Shown here piece by piece: positions 1 through 11,850 of a stretch of DNA of 64,000 bases (position 1 is its first letter; every line of letters begins with the position of its first letter). The position numbers and the translations under genes are program-made. Origin of the DNA: Camelus dromedarius. Taxonomy: Eukaryota. The stretch lies in the NCBI RefSeq assembly GCF_036321535.1, contig NC_087437.1:96784001-96848000 (forward strand), given 5' to 3'. The notes under the pieces are model-generated. The model was not told the DNA's origin and searched no databases. It was given only the letters and a program-made list of their open reading frames with translations.

Positions 1-293
1 AAACAGAAGAGGGTGATACATGGGATTTTTCTTTTTTCTTGGAACTATTAGAAAAGATCTACTTCTGCTGGGGTTGCCAAATTTGTGAGAATAAGCTGGC
101 TGTCACTTTTGAGAAGAAAATGAAACTGATCTGAAACATGAAGAGGATTTGGATGACATTATTAGGGCACTGGAAATTAGCCATTTTAACTACTGGACTT
201 TTAAGGTACATCATCCAAAAAAGTCTTATTTCTGGGTTAAAGTAGTTTGACTTGGGATTCCATCATTAAAAATGAAAGAATCTTGACTTTACA
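1..293 (+). mobile_element. Old MaLR LTR (MLT1J/K/L-like) 3' portion
   Basis: Ends in 'aaagaatcttgactttaca', resembling the MLT1 terminus (gaaagagtcctgactgataca); highly diverged. Confidence 0.45.
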
Positions 294-499
294 CCTGTTA
301 TCCAAAATCAAGCTTATTTATTTATGCCTGGGGACAAAATGGGGAAATATAGGTAAATGTGAAGACAATTAAGTGATTCAGAAATTGGTAGAATGGCTGT
401 AATTGAGCTTTGTAATCACTGATAAACAACACAGAGTTCTCAATCAAATGCCATATGGTACTTCATCTTTATTTTGTCACAGTAAGCATGTTTCTAAAT

Positions 500-1210
500 G
501 ACTTGGAAGGAGTTATGGAAGATAGGGCAGTATTTTGGACCTACTAAAGCCGAAAAACTTTCCCATTATAAAACCTTGGAAATATTTGCTAAAATAATAT
601 AATCATGATTCCAAAATACTTGTCAATTCTAAAAGAAGTCTCCAAAGACCAAAAACAGAGTAGCAGCAAGAGAGATAATTAAAAGTCTCTTCATGGGAGC
701 TACAGCTGCCCTGGGAAAGTTTAACAACCTCTCAACCCTAAAGTGTCATGTTTTAACAACCATCTTGGGGACAAGAGGCAAAGTGCTGGCCTCACAAGGT
801 AAACAAGTTGGTTCCATTAAAGCCAGGACCCCTGAAGAACTTATCCTCAGTGAAAAAGTCAATTAGAAGTAAAGTCCACTCACCAGCAATTGGAAACAGG
901 TGGGAAGCCTGTCAGACACAGCCTAAGCTTTAAAAAATGTCTCTCTCAGAATTCACAATTACATTCCTGCCTTCCATTTAGTTTGGAGTTCAAATTTACT
1001 CCTCTTGCATCATCTGGAAAATTTTGAGGCAACAAATTAATCAAAAGTCGTATTCATTTTTAGCATTGGGTTGGGGATGATGTAGAGCTGGAAAAAAGCT
1101 GAATTCTCTGGAAAAACACACCCTCACCCTAGACCTTGCAGGTTTCTGATAAACGCAACACATATAATCCAAAATTGCAAAACACATGAAGAAACACAAA
1201 CCAACAGGAG
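500..1210 (+). mobile_element. Possible ancient L1M 5' UTR fragment
   Basis: Composition and short motifs (ggggacaagaggcaaag, aaaattgcaaaacacatgaagaaac) resemble old L1M 5' ends; weak. Confidence 0.3.
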
Positions 1211-2007
1211 TTAGAGCTGAGAGATGACCACCTATAGACTCTAAGGGAAAGAAGTCCTAGAAATGTTCCTCAAAAAAAAAAAAAAAAAAGGGAAAATTAC
1301 CCTATGAGGAAGTTCTTAGATAAAGCAAATAATGATGAGCACAGATATTGAAAAACATGTGGGAAAATAAATGCCAGCACTGACTATACAGTTTCTAATC
1401 TTGGAATGTTAAAAACCCCAGAGGAACAACAACAACAACAACAAAACAATGGCAGGGTTTGAAATGAAAAAAAGTATTGCTTTCAGATGAGAATGGTAAT
1501 GGAGTACAAAACTATATCATATGCAATTGATCAGAGGAATCTGAAACTGTTAGCTATGAGAAGACACAACTTTGGGAAAATAAAACCTAACTTAAATAAT
1601 TTTAAATTTTGTATTGTACTGGAAAATTTATGTGTTATTCTGAATCTTAATAGGTAGTAGATCAAGGAACAATGAAGCTTCAATGAAATATAAAGAAAAA
1701 TTTTTGTTCTGTTAAGACTATTCTAAAGGAGAATGAACTTCCTCAGAAATAATTTTCTAGCCTCAAGAGATATCATACATAAGGCTGCTTGTATGTGTTC
1801 TTATAGAAAGATATCAAGTACTAAACAGTTGGACTAAATACACTGAAATATTTCTTCTGAACAGACATTATTCTTGGACTATGCTTCTAATAAAATATTG
1901 TTTTTCTTAATTTATGAAAAAGGAGTTAAGTGCTTCAATGAACCTACAAAAGACATGGAAATTTTTATCATATGGTGATTTTGAATAATAAGAATGACAG
2001 TTTTCAA

Positions 2008-3290
2008 ATTCTGCCTCAATTTAAGATGGAATAACAAGAACTGAATAAATATGAAACAACGATTTTCAAGATATTGGACATCAAGCAAATAAAGACATTG
2101 ATTCCTGATAAATGAGGGAAAAAAATAAAATAATCCCTATCTTTGCCCCCAGCTTACAGCTGGAGAGAATTTGCAGGCTGTGCACAGGGAGGGGGACCCA
2201 GCTGGAACCAAGCAGTCTCCCTGAGCTGAGGAGATGGAACTGGGAGATTGGTGAGGCTGAAGTTCACAGGAAAGGGTTCCAGAGAAAAAAGGGCTGCACC
2301 TAGGAGACCTGCAGAGGGATCTTTTCAAGTATTTAGCTGAGTGGTAATCAGTGCATAGTGCATGCGTGTGAGCAAATATCCATCACTGTACCAAGAACCA
2401 CCTAAAAGACTTCAAGGAAAAACTTCTTGAGGAGCAGAAAGGGCTAGGAATAGTTATTGATCTAGCCAGCCTGAATGGAAAACCTCATATTTCAAGGGAC
2501 ATTTAGTAGAGTACTAAAAAGAGTTTTGCTTCACTCGGGTAATAATTAGCCCTAGACTAAACACAGCTCTTCTCCTAATTAACAAAGCTCAAAAGTAAGA
2601 CCAGAAAGGATTGAGTTGTTTTCAGGTACCTTAACCACATCTCAGAACATAACCCAAGAGTATTTTTAAGAATATAAAAATACCCAGGACCTAAGAAGGT
2701 AAAATTCTCAATATCTGGCATCTGGTAAAACATTAGCAGGCACACAAAGAAGCAGGAAAATACAACCAATTATATGTAAAACAAAAAATAAAACAATCAA
2801 AACCAATCTGGAAAAGACATAGATGGAAGACTTAGTTGATGAAGACATTAATGAAGTTATAATAACTGCATCCAATAGTTCAAAAGCCAGAGGAAAGAAT
2901 GAGATGCTAAGTGTAAACATGAAAGATAAAAAACAAGGGTATCGAATTGAACTTGCAGAGGTGAAAACTACAATGTGTGAGATAAGAATAATAGCCAGTA
3001 AGACATTGCAGGAGAAAAGATTAATGACCTTGAAGACATATCAATAAAAGTATTCAAAATAAAACACAGAGAGGGAAAATATTAAAAAACAACAATTAAA
3101 AGATCATCAGTGACATGTGGAACAACTTCAAATGTCCAGATATACATGTAATTGTAGTTTCTCAGAAAAAGGTATGTTTGGGGTGGAGTAGAATAGATGT
3201 GTCAAGGGAAAAATGGACAAAATTTTTTTCCAAATTTAAAGAAAACTATAAGTCCAGAGATCCAAGGAACTTAGTGAGCCCCAAGCATAT
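2008..3290 (+). mobile_element. Ancient L1 (L1MC/L1MD-type) 5' UTR plus decayed ORF1
   Basis: ORF 2823-3047 reads like the ORF1p coiled coil. ORF 3115-3303 'WNNFKCPDIHVIVVSQ' resembles the ORF1p RRM motif WDNIKRSNIRIIGVPE. Frames are broken. Confidence 0.75.
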
Positions 3291-3519
3291 ATCCTTAGCC
3301 TAACAAATGCCCTAATCGGTAATAGGACCCTCCAGATTCCAACTCAGATTTCCTAAGAAGCATCAGAAAGATAACAAGCTTAGTCTTCAGTTTTTTCTTT
3401 CATTGATATATGTAGTGAGGAGAATATCAATAATACAATTAATAATTAGCATTAATTTAATGCTTATTAAATGTAAAGTAGTTCTGATTCCTTAAGACTT
3501 GGGCCCTTAAACGGGTACA

Positions 3520-3636
3520 TCACCACTTCTACCATATTCTACTGTTAAAAATCATCACAGCATCTGCCAGATTTCAAGGGGAAATATTGACCTTCACCTC
3601 CTGATGAGAGGAATATTAAGGAATATGTGGCTCACT
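3520..3636 (-). mobile_element. MLT1 (K/L-like) LTR fragment
   Basis: 'gccagatttcaaggggaaatattgaccttcacctcctgatgagaggaat' resembles an old MLT1 segment; abuts the L1 poly-T. Confidence 0.45.
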
Positions 3637-4140
3637 TTATTTATTTATTTATTTATATTGATGTTATAGTCAGTTTACAATGTTGTGTCAATTTCTGGTG
3701 TACAGCATAATGCTTCAGTCATAATAGGAACATGCATATATTCATTTTCATACTCTTTTCACCATAAGTTACTATAAGACATTGAATATTGTTCCCTGTG
3801 CTATACAGTATAAACTTGTTTATCTATTTTATATTTATTAGTTAATATCTGCAAATCTCGAACTCCCAATTTATCCCTTTCTATCCCCTTTCCTACCCCC
3901 CACCCCGTAGCCAAAAGTTTGTTTCCTATGTCTGAGTCTCTTTCTATTTTGTAAATAAGTTTTTTTTTTTTTTTTTTTTTTAGATTCCACATAGAAGTGA
4001 TATCATATGACATTTTTCTTTCTCCTTCTGGCTTACTTTACTTAGAATTACATTCTCTAGGTCCATCCAAGTTGCTGCAAATGGCATTATTTTATTATTT
4101 TTTATGGCTGAGTAGTACTCCATTCTATAAATATACCACA
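3636..4140 (-). mobile_element. Young lineage-specific L1, 5'-truncated 3' end
   Basis: T-rich tail then L1 3'UTR/ORF2 end (gttccctgtgctatacagta; ctggcttactttacttagaat; gttgctgcaaatggcatt). Clearly homologous to 63520-64000. Degenerate TSD actttattta (3634-3643) / actctattca (4141-4150). Confidence 0.9.
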
Positions 4141-5394
4141 ACTCTATTCAACCTGTTCATCTGCCCACACTACCTTTTAGTACTCGTATCACCTATTAAG
4201 ATTTGGGTACTTATAAGTTCAGGAATTTGGTAGACATAGTCAGCCATCAGAAAATAATTTATCTTCTTATATAGAAACGTACAACTTTTATTGCCATAAC
4301 TTTAGTTTCCTCCTTGTTTTTAAAGTAGGAGCTATACTAACTGTCCAACATGTTCTTCTGAGGAATTAATAACACTGTATAATATCACCCAACAGCATTC
4401 AGCTCACTGTAGAACAATGTGCATTGTAAAATGAAAGGAAAAAAATAAAGAACTAACCTAAGCCTTAGTAAACTTTTCTGACTTCTCAGGTAGCCAGGTA
4501 GAAAAATGTACTAATGAAAGATGTGGCTTCTTCCTTTTTGCTTCTTGTAATAGGTCTATATTTAACTATGAGTGTGCATTCTAGTTATCAAAATGCATTG
4601 TGCTAAGCCCAGCTGTAATATATGGTCACTATTTTCCAGTTTGGTAATTGACTTCAACTATAAAGAATCAGTAATTTTAAGTGGTAGTTTCCAATATGTT
4701 GTACAGACTTAGTATGTATTTTCCTGACTTCCTTAAAAATATAATTCAACATTTCATTCTCTGGGAGGTTTGGGATCACTAAAAGCAGGCTGGAAATATG
4801 AGAAAAACAATTATAATTGAATGGCAACCTTAATAATAAACAAGAAGGGTTTTTAAATGCTCTTGCCAGGTCTGCAGACACAGCTACTAACATAGATAGC
4901 AATGAGTGGTATGCAAACCTCAAGATAAAGGAGGTCAGAGGACCATGGAAAGGAATTTCCCAAACACAAATACCAGTCCTCTGAGGTAGCCCTTTCAATA
5001 GACCATGATACAGAGTTTCTAGAAAGAACCAACTCAAAGTCAATCTACTGAAAAGATGCCCAAATAAATTTGAAAGCACATTTTATTGCTAACATATTAA
5101 AATATATTCCCTACTTTTCTACACACAGCTGAAGAACTGACATGAGGTTAGACAAACATTGAGGGGGGAGCATTGCATTAAATTCTATGTGTCTACAAAA
5201 TATTTTTTATAATTAGGTAAGAAGAAACTAAAGTCACAAAAATCTATATGATTGTAAAGGTATATATCTTAGGAGTCTAAATGAATAGGAGTATGACATT
5301 CTAGCCACACTTAGAATAAATAATACTAGCATTTCAATAGTGTTACTGTGTTTTCAGTTAAGAGATGGAAAATTAGAGTAACAGAAAGTGAGAG

Positions 5395-5560
5395 TTGAGA
5401 GACTCAGAGTCCATCTAGTCAACTGCATATTTTATAGATGAGGTGATTGAAACAGAGAATTAAGAGAACCATTCAATGTGAAAGAACTGGAGTTAGAATC
5501 AGAACTGAAATTAGACTTCTGGACTCCCAGAGACCAGTGTTTTATTCTGAGCCACATGAA
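5395..5560 (-). mobile_element. MIR/MIR3 SINE fragment
   Basis: Core 'attttatagatgaggtgattgaaacagaga' plus 'cttctggactcccag' match the reverse MIR core. Confidence 0.55.
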
Positions 5561-6414
5561 CCTATTTCTGTCTTGCAAATCTCCTGGAGTTCAGGAGATG
5601 GGTACGTATAACCAATAGAACTGCATGTAGAGAGCACACATGAGCTTCTGCATTTCCACAAGCAGCTGTCATCAACAGCGTGCTGATATGTAAGGCCAGT
5701 ACTTTTTAAACATCAGTGGTGCTTCCCATGCAAAGAATCAAAAGCAAACTCAGGGGACAGCCTTCTCCTTCTAAGTTGAAAAGAATTCTGCTTATGTAAT
5801 ACTTTTATCTTACGAGAATTCCCGGTCTGTGGGAATGGGGAGTCAGAACAATGGAGCCCGAGCTGGTTGTTAGATTTGCTGGTGCTGCTTAGCTCATGGT
5901 GTTTCACTTGTAAAAGCGAGGTGTGCTTTGCAAATGAAAACCAGGCATTCCACTGGGGTGATAAAAATGTCAAATTTAGACCTGTTAGGTTGAAAGACGA
6001 AAAGAAAAACAAATCAATGTGTTTCTACAAGAAAATGTTTAAAGTAGAAACTACTAAAAAGTTTAAATTCCTAACTTCTAAATAATTATAATTTTCTATA
6101 TAATAATACGAACAATTTTTTGTATGTGTGAATTTCTTTCACATCACAATGACTTGCTATAACTTTCAGGAATAAAATAGGTAGCAGGATCTATTTCTAG
6201 AACATTGAACTGTAATGTTCATTGTAAATAAGCCAAGGAAATGTTCTTTTAGATAACTTTTAGTAATAATATTATTCACTTAATACTTTCATACTAATCA
6301 CCTACGGATTATATCCTCAGAGAGAAACTCCCTTTTCTAAAGTGGAAGAGGTTCTATAGTTTTAAAACATCGTGTATTCTAAAAATTTGCTGGTAAATCA
6401 AAAGAAGTTTATTA

Positions 6415-6564
6415 GGCAATTATTCAGTATCAGGCATTGGGTTCTGTTCCAGTAATATAGCAGAGATCAAATTCTGGTGCTATAGCAGTGCCCTTGCAAA
6501 AATTGCAGACAAGTAAGGAGAGAGATGTAATAATCACAAAGGGATAAGTGCTACGTAGGGAAAG
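6415..6564 (-). mobile_element. L2 LINE 3' fragment, interrupted by an LTR
   Basis: 'caggcattgggttctg...gataagtgctacgtagggaaag' is typical antisense L2 3' sequence; L2 resumes after 7146. Confidence 0.45.
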
Positions 6565-7142
6565 TGTTACCAGGCTGTTGCCCAGAATCATACCCCTGCT
6601 GCTTCCTTGAATGGAGACTAACTGCTCTCATCTGAGTATCAGGCTTAACTACAAAAGGAGGAAACTGCAAATAGAAAAACAAAAACTGATTAGAACCAGG
6701 TAGATTCAAGATGATAGATTTGACCTCCAGTGGACCTTGAACCTCATTATATGCCCATTGTGATACATTAGCATGCTAAAAGACACACCCAGCAGCACTT
6801 TGACAGTCGACAATTGCTGTGACAACCACCAGAAGAGCCCCTACAAAGACTGAAAAGGCGTGGTGCCTCAGTGCTGGGTCCAAACCACACCCTTGTTTTT
6901 GAATAAGCCATGAATGTTCCTCCTTCTTTTTATTCAATTCCTTCCCTTTTACCTTGACCCTCATATATAGATGGTGTCTCATCCCTACTCGGGTTGAGAA
7001 GTTGATTTGTGAGCTAAATTCCTGATTCTCATTCTTTGGCCATTGGACAAATCTTGTGCTGTTCTAGTTTCAGCACAGATTTCATTATTGGCTATGTGAT
7101 TCTTAGTGGAAAAAAAAGGTCCAGGCGACCAATTCGGTAACA
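6565..7142 (+). mobile_element. ERV1-class solo LTR (~578 bp)
   Basis: Perfect 7-bp terminal inverted repeats TGTTACC...GGTAACA; flanks aaag / aagg (near 4-bp TSD); TATA-like catatatag near 6962; inserted in L2. Strand inferred from TATA position. Confidence 0.75.
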
Positions 7143-7199
7143 AAGGTTACTAGTCTAAGAGACTATTATTTCTATCACTATGTATTATGAGACAATTTA

Positions 7200-8025
7200 A
7201 GAGTTAGCGAGATAAGGGAGAAGAAGCCTTTCAAGTAGAAGGAGCAGTATGTGTGATGACTCAGATTTAAAAGGACTTAGTTTAAGGCTTTAAAAGAAGG
7301 CCAGGGTAGCTGAAGCCTTGAGAGTTAGAGAGAAAGTGGCATACCGTCCTGGAGAGGAAAGAAGAAATCAGATCATAAAGGACGTTGTGAGTCTGGTTGA
7401 AGAATTTATATTATAGTAGGATACATTCTAAACATTTTATATAAACTAATGACATAAAACATTTTAAATGAACTAAAATCCTGGAATGACCTAATAAGTT
7501 ATTTCAAAAATTCTCCCTTTATTGGTTTTGAAGAGCAAATAGTAAAAGTGGACAAGAACAGAAGCAAGGAGGCCAAAGAAACTATACTGTAATAGTGACT
7601 TGAAGAAACGTGATGTCAAAAAAGATGAGGCAGAATGCATTCAGTTGAGACACAGTTGGGAAGATGAATTTACAGCATTTAGTGATGGGGTGAGAAACAT
7701 GTTGAAGATAACTCCTAAGCTTTGGACTTTGGAAAAAGCATGGTTGAAGGTATCATCTGCTGAGAAATAAAAAAAAAAATTGAGGATGAAAATATTGGGG
7801 GGGAGGGGAAACCAAAGGTTCTGTTTGGATGTTAAATTGAAGGTATCTTTGAAAAATCCAGTTGCAAAAGTCAAGCAGGGAGTTGGATATGCAAATGTGA
7901 AACTCAGAAAAGGAGTCTGGCTGAAAACTGCAAATTTGGGCAGCATCAGTCTATACATGGATTTAAAGCCACTAGAATGGTGGGGGTCATCTGGGAAAAG
8001 AGTGAAAAAGGAAATAAGAACCTAG
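7200..8025 (-). mobile_element. L2 LINE (RT C-terminal region and 3' part)
   Basis: 'gagttggatatgcaaatgtgaaactcagaaaaggagtctggctgaaaactgcaaatttgggcagcatcagtctataca' is the antisense of the L2 YADD-region coding sequence, now frameshifted. Confidence 0.8.
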
Positions 8026-11000
8026 TGAGATCAGCTGTATATAAGACCGATGTCTATTTTGTGTGAATGTTATTAGAAGTGTTCAATCTCCTTTCAAATT
8101 TGAGTAGCTAGATCTCTGCAGATGGATGGGCATTGTAGTAATCTTGGGATGAATTAGAGTCGAGTCAGTGTGAATGACAAAGATAGGGTTATCTTACTAA
8201 ATTGAATGTAATCAAGGAAAAAGAATCTTTTGGTAAAATACCTCCAGTTATTTCAGTGAAACACGCACACAAATGGGGTTTTTGTTTTATTGAGAACTAT
8301 ACCAGCTGCCCTGAATTGGCAAAATCATTGTTGGCCCTGTGTTGAGAAAGTGTTTGACAATAACAATTAGATTAACATGGAAAAAGCCATTTAATTCTCC
8401 ATTTTTCTAAATGGAAAGCCTTTTAATGTATATAGTTCTAGTGCTTGGCAGTTTCTGAATCCCTTATTAGCCCATCCCTCATCTGCCAGCACTCCTCACC
8501 CCATCAAATTAAATGCTATACACAAATCTGTCTAGAAACTTACAGTGTTAAAATTAGCCCCAACAACAGATTCAGTCAACTGCAGAACTGGTTAGGGGTG
8601 CAATTTGTTATGTATAATGGTCAGAGAATGGGAATATTGAATACTCTGCTCTGTGTTCACAAGTCTTCAGATTTTGGAGGAAAAAAGATAATTTCACAAG
8701 AAAGAAATCATATAGCTCATCACTGACATTCACTTTCTCATTAGAATTTTTTACTCATTAGAAGTTTTATCAACGCTAAAAGCTGGAATTCTGACAATTC
8801 ATTCCACCAAATCACAGAATAAACATGTTTGCTTTCACATGTTACCATGAAGATTTATCACAAAATATCTAACCCCAAGAAAAGTTAGTGGAAAAATAAA
8901 CATAATTTGAAAATCTAATTACTGCACTAAGTCTAGGACAATTCTTTTCTTCTTCATTTTTATTATCATACAATATCTAAAACAGAACCATGCACTTTTA
9001 ACTTATTATATCAAATCAATAACATATCATCTTTCAATTTTCTGTCTTACCCACCTCGCCTTCTGGCTTAAATTGTTCTGTACATTGCCTTCACTCAGAG
9101 AAAGAGTAGAAAGCTATTTTTTGTTGTTTTGTGCAGAGGTGACGATTGATTGAGCTACACATGGCCAACGGCTAGGAAAAAACTGGAGGATTAGTTGGCC
9201 AGCATCCGTCGTATATGTGCTGTCATTTATATGAGCTGACCATCTACCAATTTCTAGAATTCTAAAAATTCAAAGATGAGAAGTTCAGCTGAGAGAAGTA
9301 GAGTTAGCCTGGTGGTCCTTGTAAGGCTGTATTTTAAGAGATCCAGCAGAAGAAATCAGGTGACGAGGGAAACAGATCACTGAAAGAGTAGAGAGATACA
9401 GAGATAAGGAAGAGTGTGCGCCCTCAAGGAAGGAAAAGTTGCCTTGATACCTTCCTTGATTGCTGACTAGCTTCCAGGTGCCTGTTTTGTGAGGTCTGTC
9501 CGTACTTCCCACCTGTGGGTTCATATTTCCATGCTGACCAACAACATGAAGTACCACTCTCATGTTTCACTTGAGCTACTTTGAGTTTATTTTTTCAAAC
9601 AGAACAAGAAATGGTCCTAAGTGAATATTCCCAAATATGTGTAGGTAGGTAGAGGGTGGGATGATATTGTATGCATTAAGATAGCCATCTATGATTTTGC
9701 ATAATATTGCATAATTGAAGCCAGTGGAAATAAATACTATTACATCTACAAAACTGAGTATTACAAACCTGTTGCCCATACATGCATTGAGCTTCAAATA
9801 AAGGCTAAAAATGTACAATTGTATGTTTATTTTGATATCAAATATGTAAAAGTAATTTTCTTTGCTTGATGGGAGTATAGGTTGTTGTTTTATTTCATTG
9901 GCTTTTCTTTATTTTTAAATTACCCGAAGTAAGCATGCATTGCTTTTCTAATCAGAATAATGAACTACATTAAAAAAGAAAATATACTTACTCTAAATCA
10001 AAGAACAGAACACAAGACTATGATTGTACCTATGATTTTAAAAATCATGGGTAAACAACTAGAAGGATATAGCTTGATGTGACAAGTACATTTTTACGCT
10101 GGCAGATCAGGGAAGAATTTTTTTGGTCTTTCCACTGTTTTGCAGTTTTTCTCATAGCATTTAAATTAACAGGTAACATTATCTGCCTCAGATTTAGCAT
10201 ATGTATGGTAAACATTTGAATCAGATAGCTGTAATTATGTAACGGAAAATTATCGAGCTTTTGGATGGACAGTTGTATTTTTTAACTGCCTCAAACTCGT
10301 ATTGTGTTATAAAGATCAACTGGTAAAATAAGAAAGTAGTTCCTCACTCCTAGTTTTCAATTTAGGTATTTACTGAGCACAAGCACGAAAATGGAGGATC
10401 AATCAATGTGGGTGGGTTGAGGATAAGGAGGGCTAGGTCAACATGAATACCAGCTTACAGAGTCAATGAACATGCCATAAGGCTGGCCAGTTCATCTAGA
10501 TGCTAATCTTGATTTTAACACTCCTTGGCAACCCCAGTCATTGCCTTGGAATAAATTTATCAATCAGCTCAGAATGAAATATGCTCCTACATATACATAT
10601 ATACTTCTTTTTAACAAGGTGTTACCTTAAGAGAAAAAGAACCAAGGTTAAAGAAAAAAGTAAGAAAGTAAAATTGAGTTAAATACCAAAATGTATTGCT
10701 ATACCGCCTAAAAAGATCCACAGCTGTTGGATTAAAATGAATTCTTCAAACAATTTTCTCAACCAGTGTTATACGAACGATCCCAATTTCATAACCAACA
10801 TTATTTATATTTAATAGACATGGATTTATAAAGAAAACCTACTAATGTCAACATGTTGGTGTTAATTGTCATGAGCTGGTTCTGGCAAAACATTAATCTA
10901 ACTGTCCTTACTTTTAATATTTTCTAAATCCTTCAGGCACACCTTCCTTGACTTGGAGGAACAAAAACATCTGCAGTAATATTTTCATTTTCTGCCTTGA

Positions 11001-11339
11001 AGTTGCTACACATGAAATCCTTAGACTTTTAAAATTATTTTCAATTTCAAATGTAATTTATATGTAACTTTGTGTTTTCAAAGTTTGTACGCAATTAGAT
11101 GCTACATGGATATTTTCTAGATAATAACGAATGAACAAATCATAGTCAGAATGGAACATAAAACAAATTATCTTTCTATGATACAGATTTTCACATTATT
11201 TTGGAAAGCTATGACATACATATGATTTTCTGAACTTATATTTCTGTCTTGGCAAATATATCTATTTCTTTAATGAGGATATGAAGTCATTCATGTTTTG
11301 TATCTATAGTTTCTATCTTTGACTACCTTCTTTTTCCCT

Positions 11340-11850
11340 GTGGACATCAGGTGCCCCATATTATGTGATGAGAGGATCACAAAATCACTTTTATGCTATT
11401 CTTGCTAAAATTCAGTACCTCAATTTAATCACAAGGAAATTTTAGACAAAGCCAGACCTTGGATTGTTGAGGAATATTGGACAAAATGATGGGCCAGTAC
11501 TCTCAAAAATGACAAGGTTATGAAAGATAAAGAGAGGCTGAAAAAAAAAAAAAAGAAAAGAAGAAGAAAGGTTGAGAAACTGAGATTGGTGGAGACTAAG
11601 ACGACATGAGACCTAAGTGCAATGTGATATCCTAGATTGTATCCTGGACCAGAAAATTGAACATTACCAGGATAATTGGCAAGATTTAAAATAGATTTGT
11701 AGTTTTATTAATACTATTATATCAATGCTAATTTTAGATAATTAGGTAAGCATTACAGGACAGTGGATTAAGTGAAAAAGAGAACAGTGGGTACTACATT
11801 TTGCCAAAATTTTTGCATAAAATTATTTAAAAATAAAGTAAAAAAATAAA
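11340..11850 (+). mobile_element. L1MC4/L1MC5-like 3' end
   Basis: 'gagactaagacgacatgagacctaagtgcaatgtgatatcctagattgtatcctggaccagaaaa' is a characteristic L1MC 3'UTR segment; ends in aataaa and an A-rich tail. Confidence 0.75.

Noticed and set aside
4654..5079. Longest ORF in the track (141 aa, minus strand)
   Set aside because: No recognisable domain, non-ATG start, no supporting splice structure; this length is compatible with chance in 64 kb.
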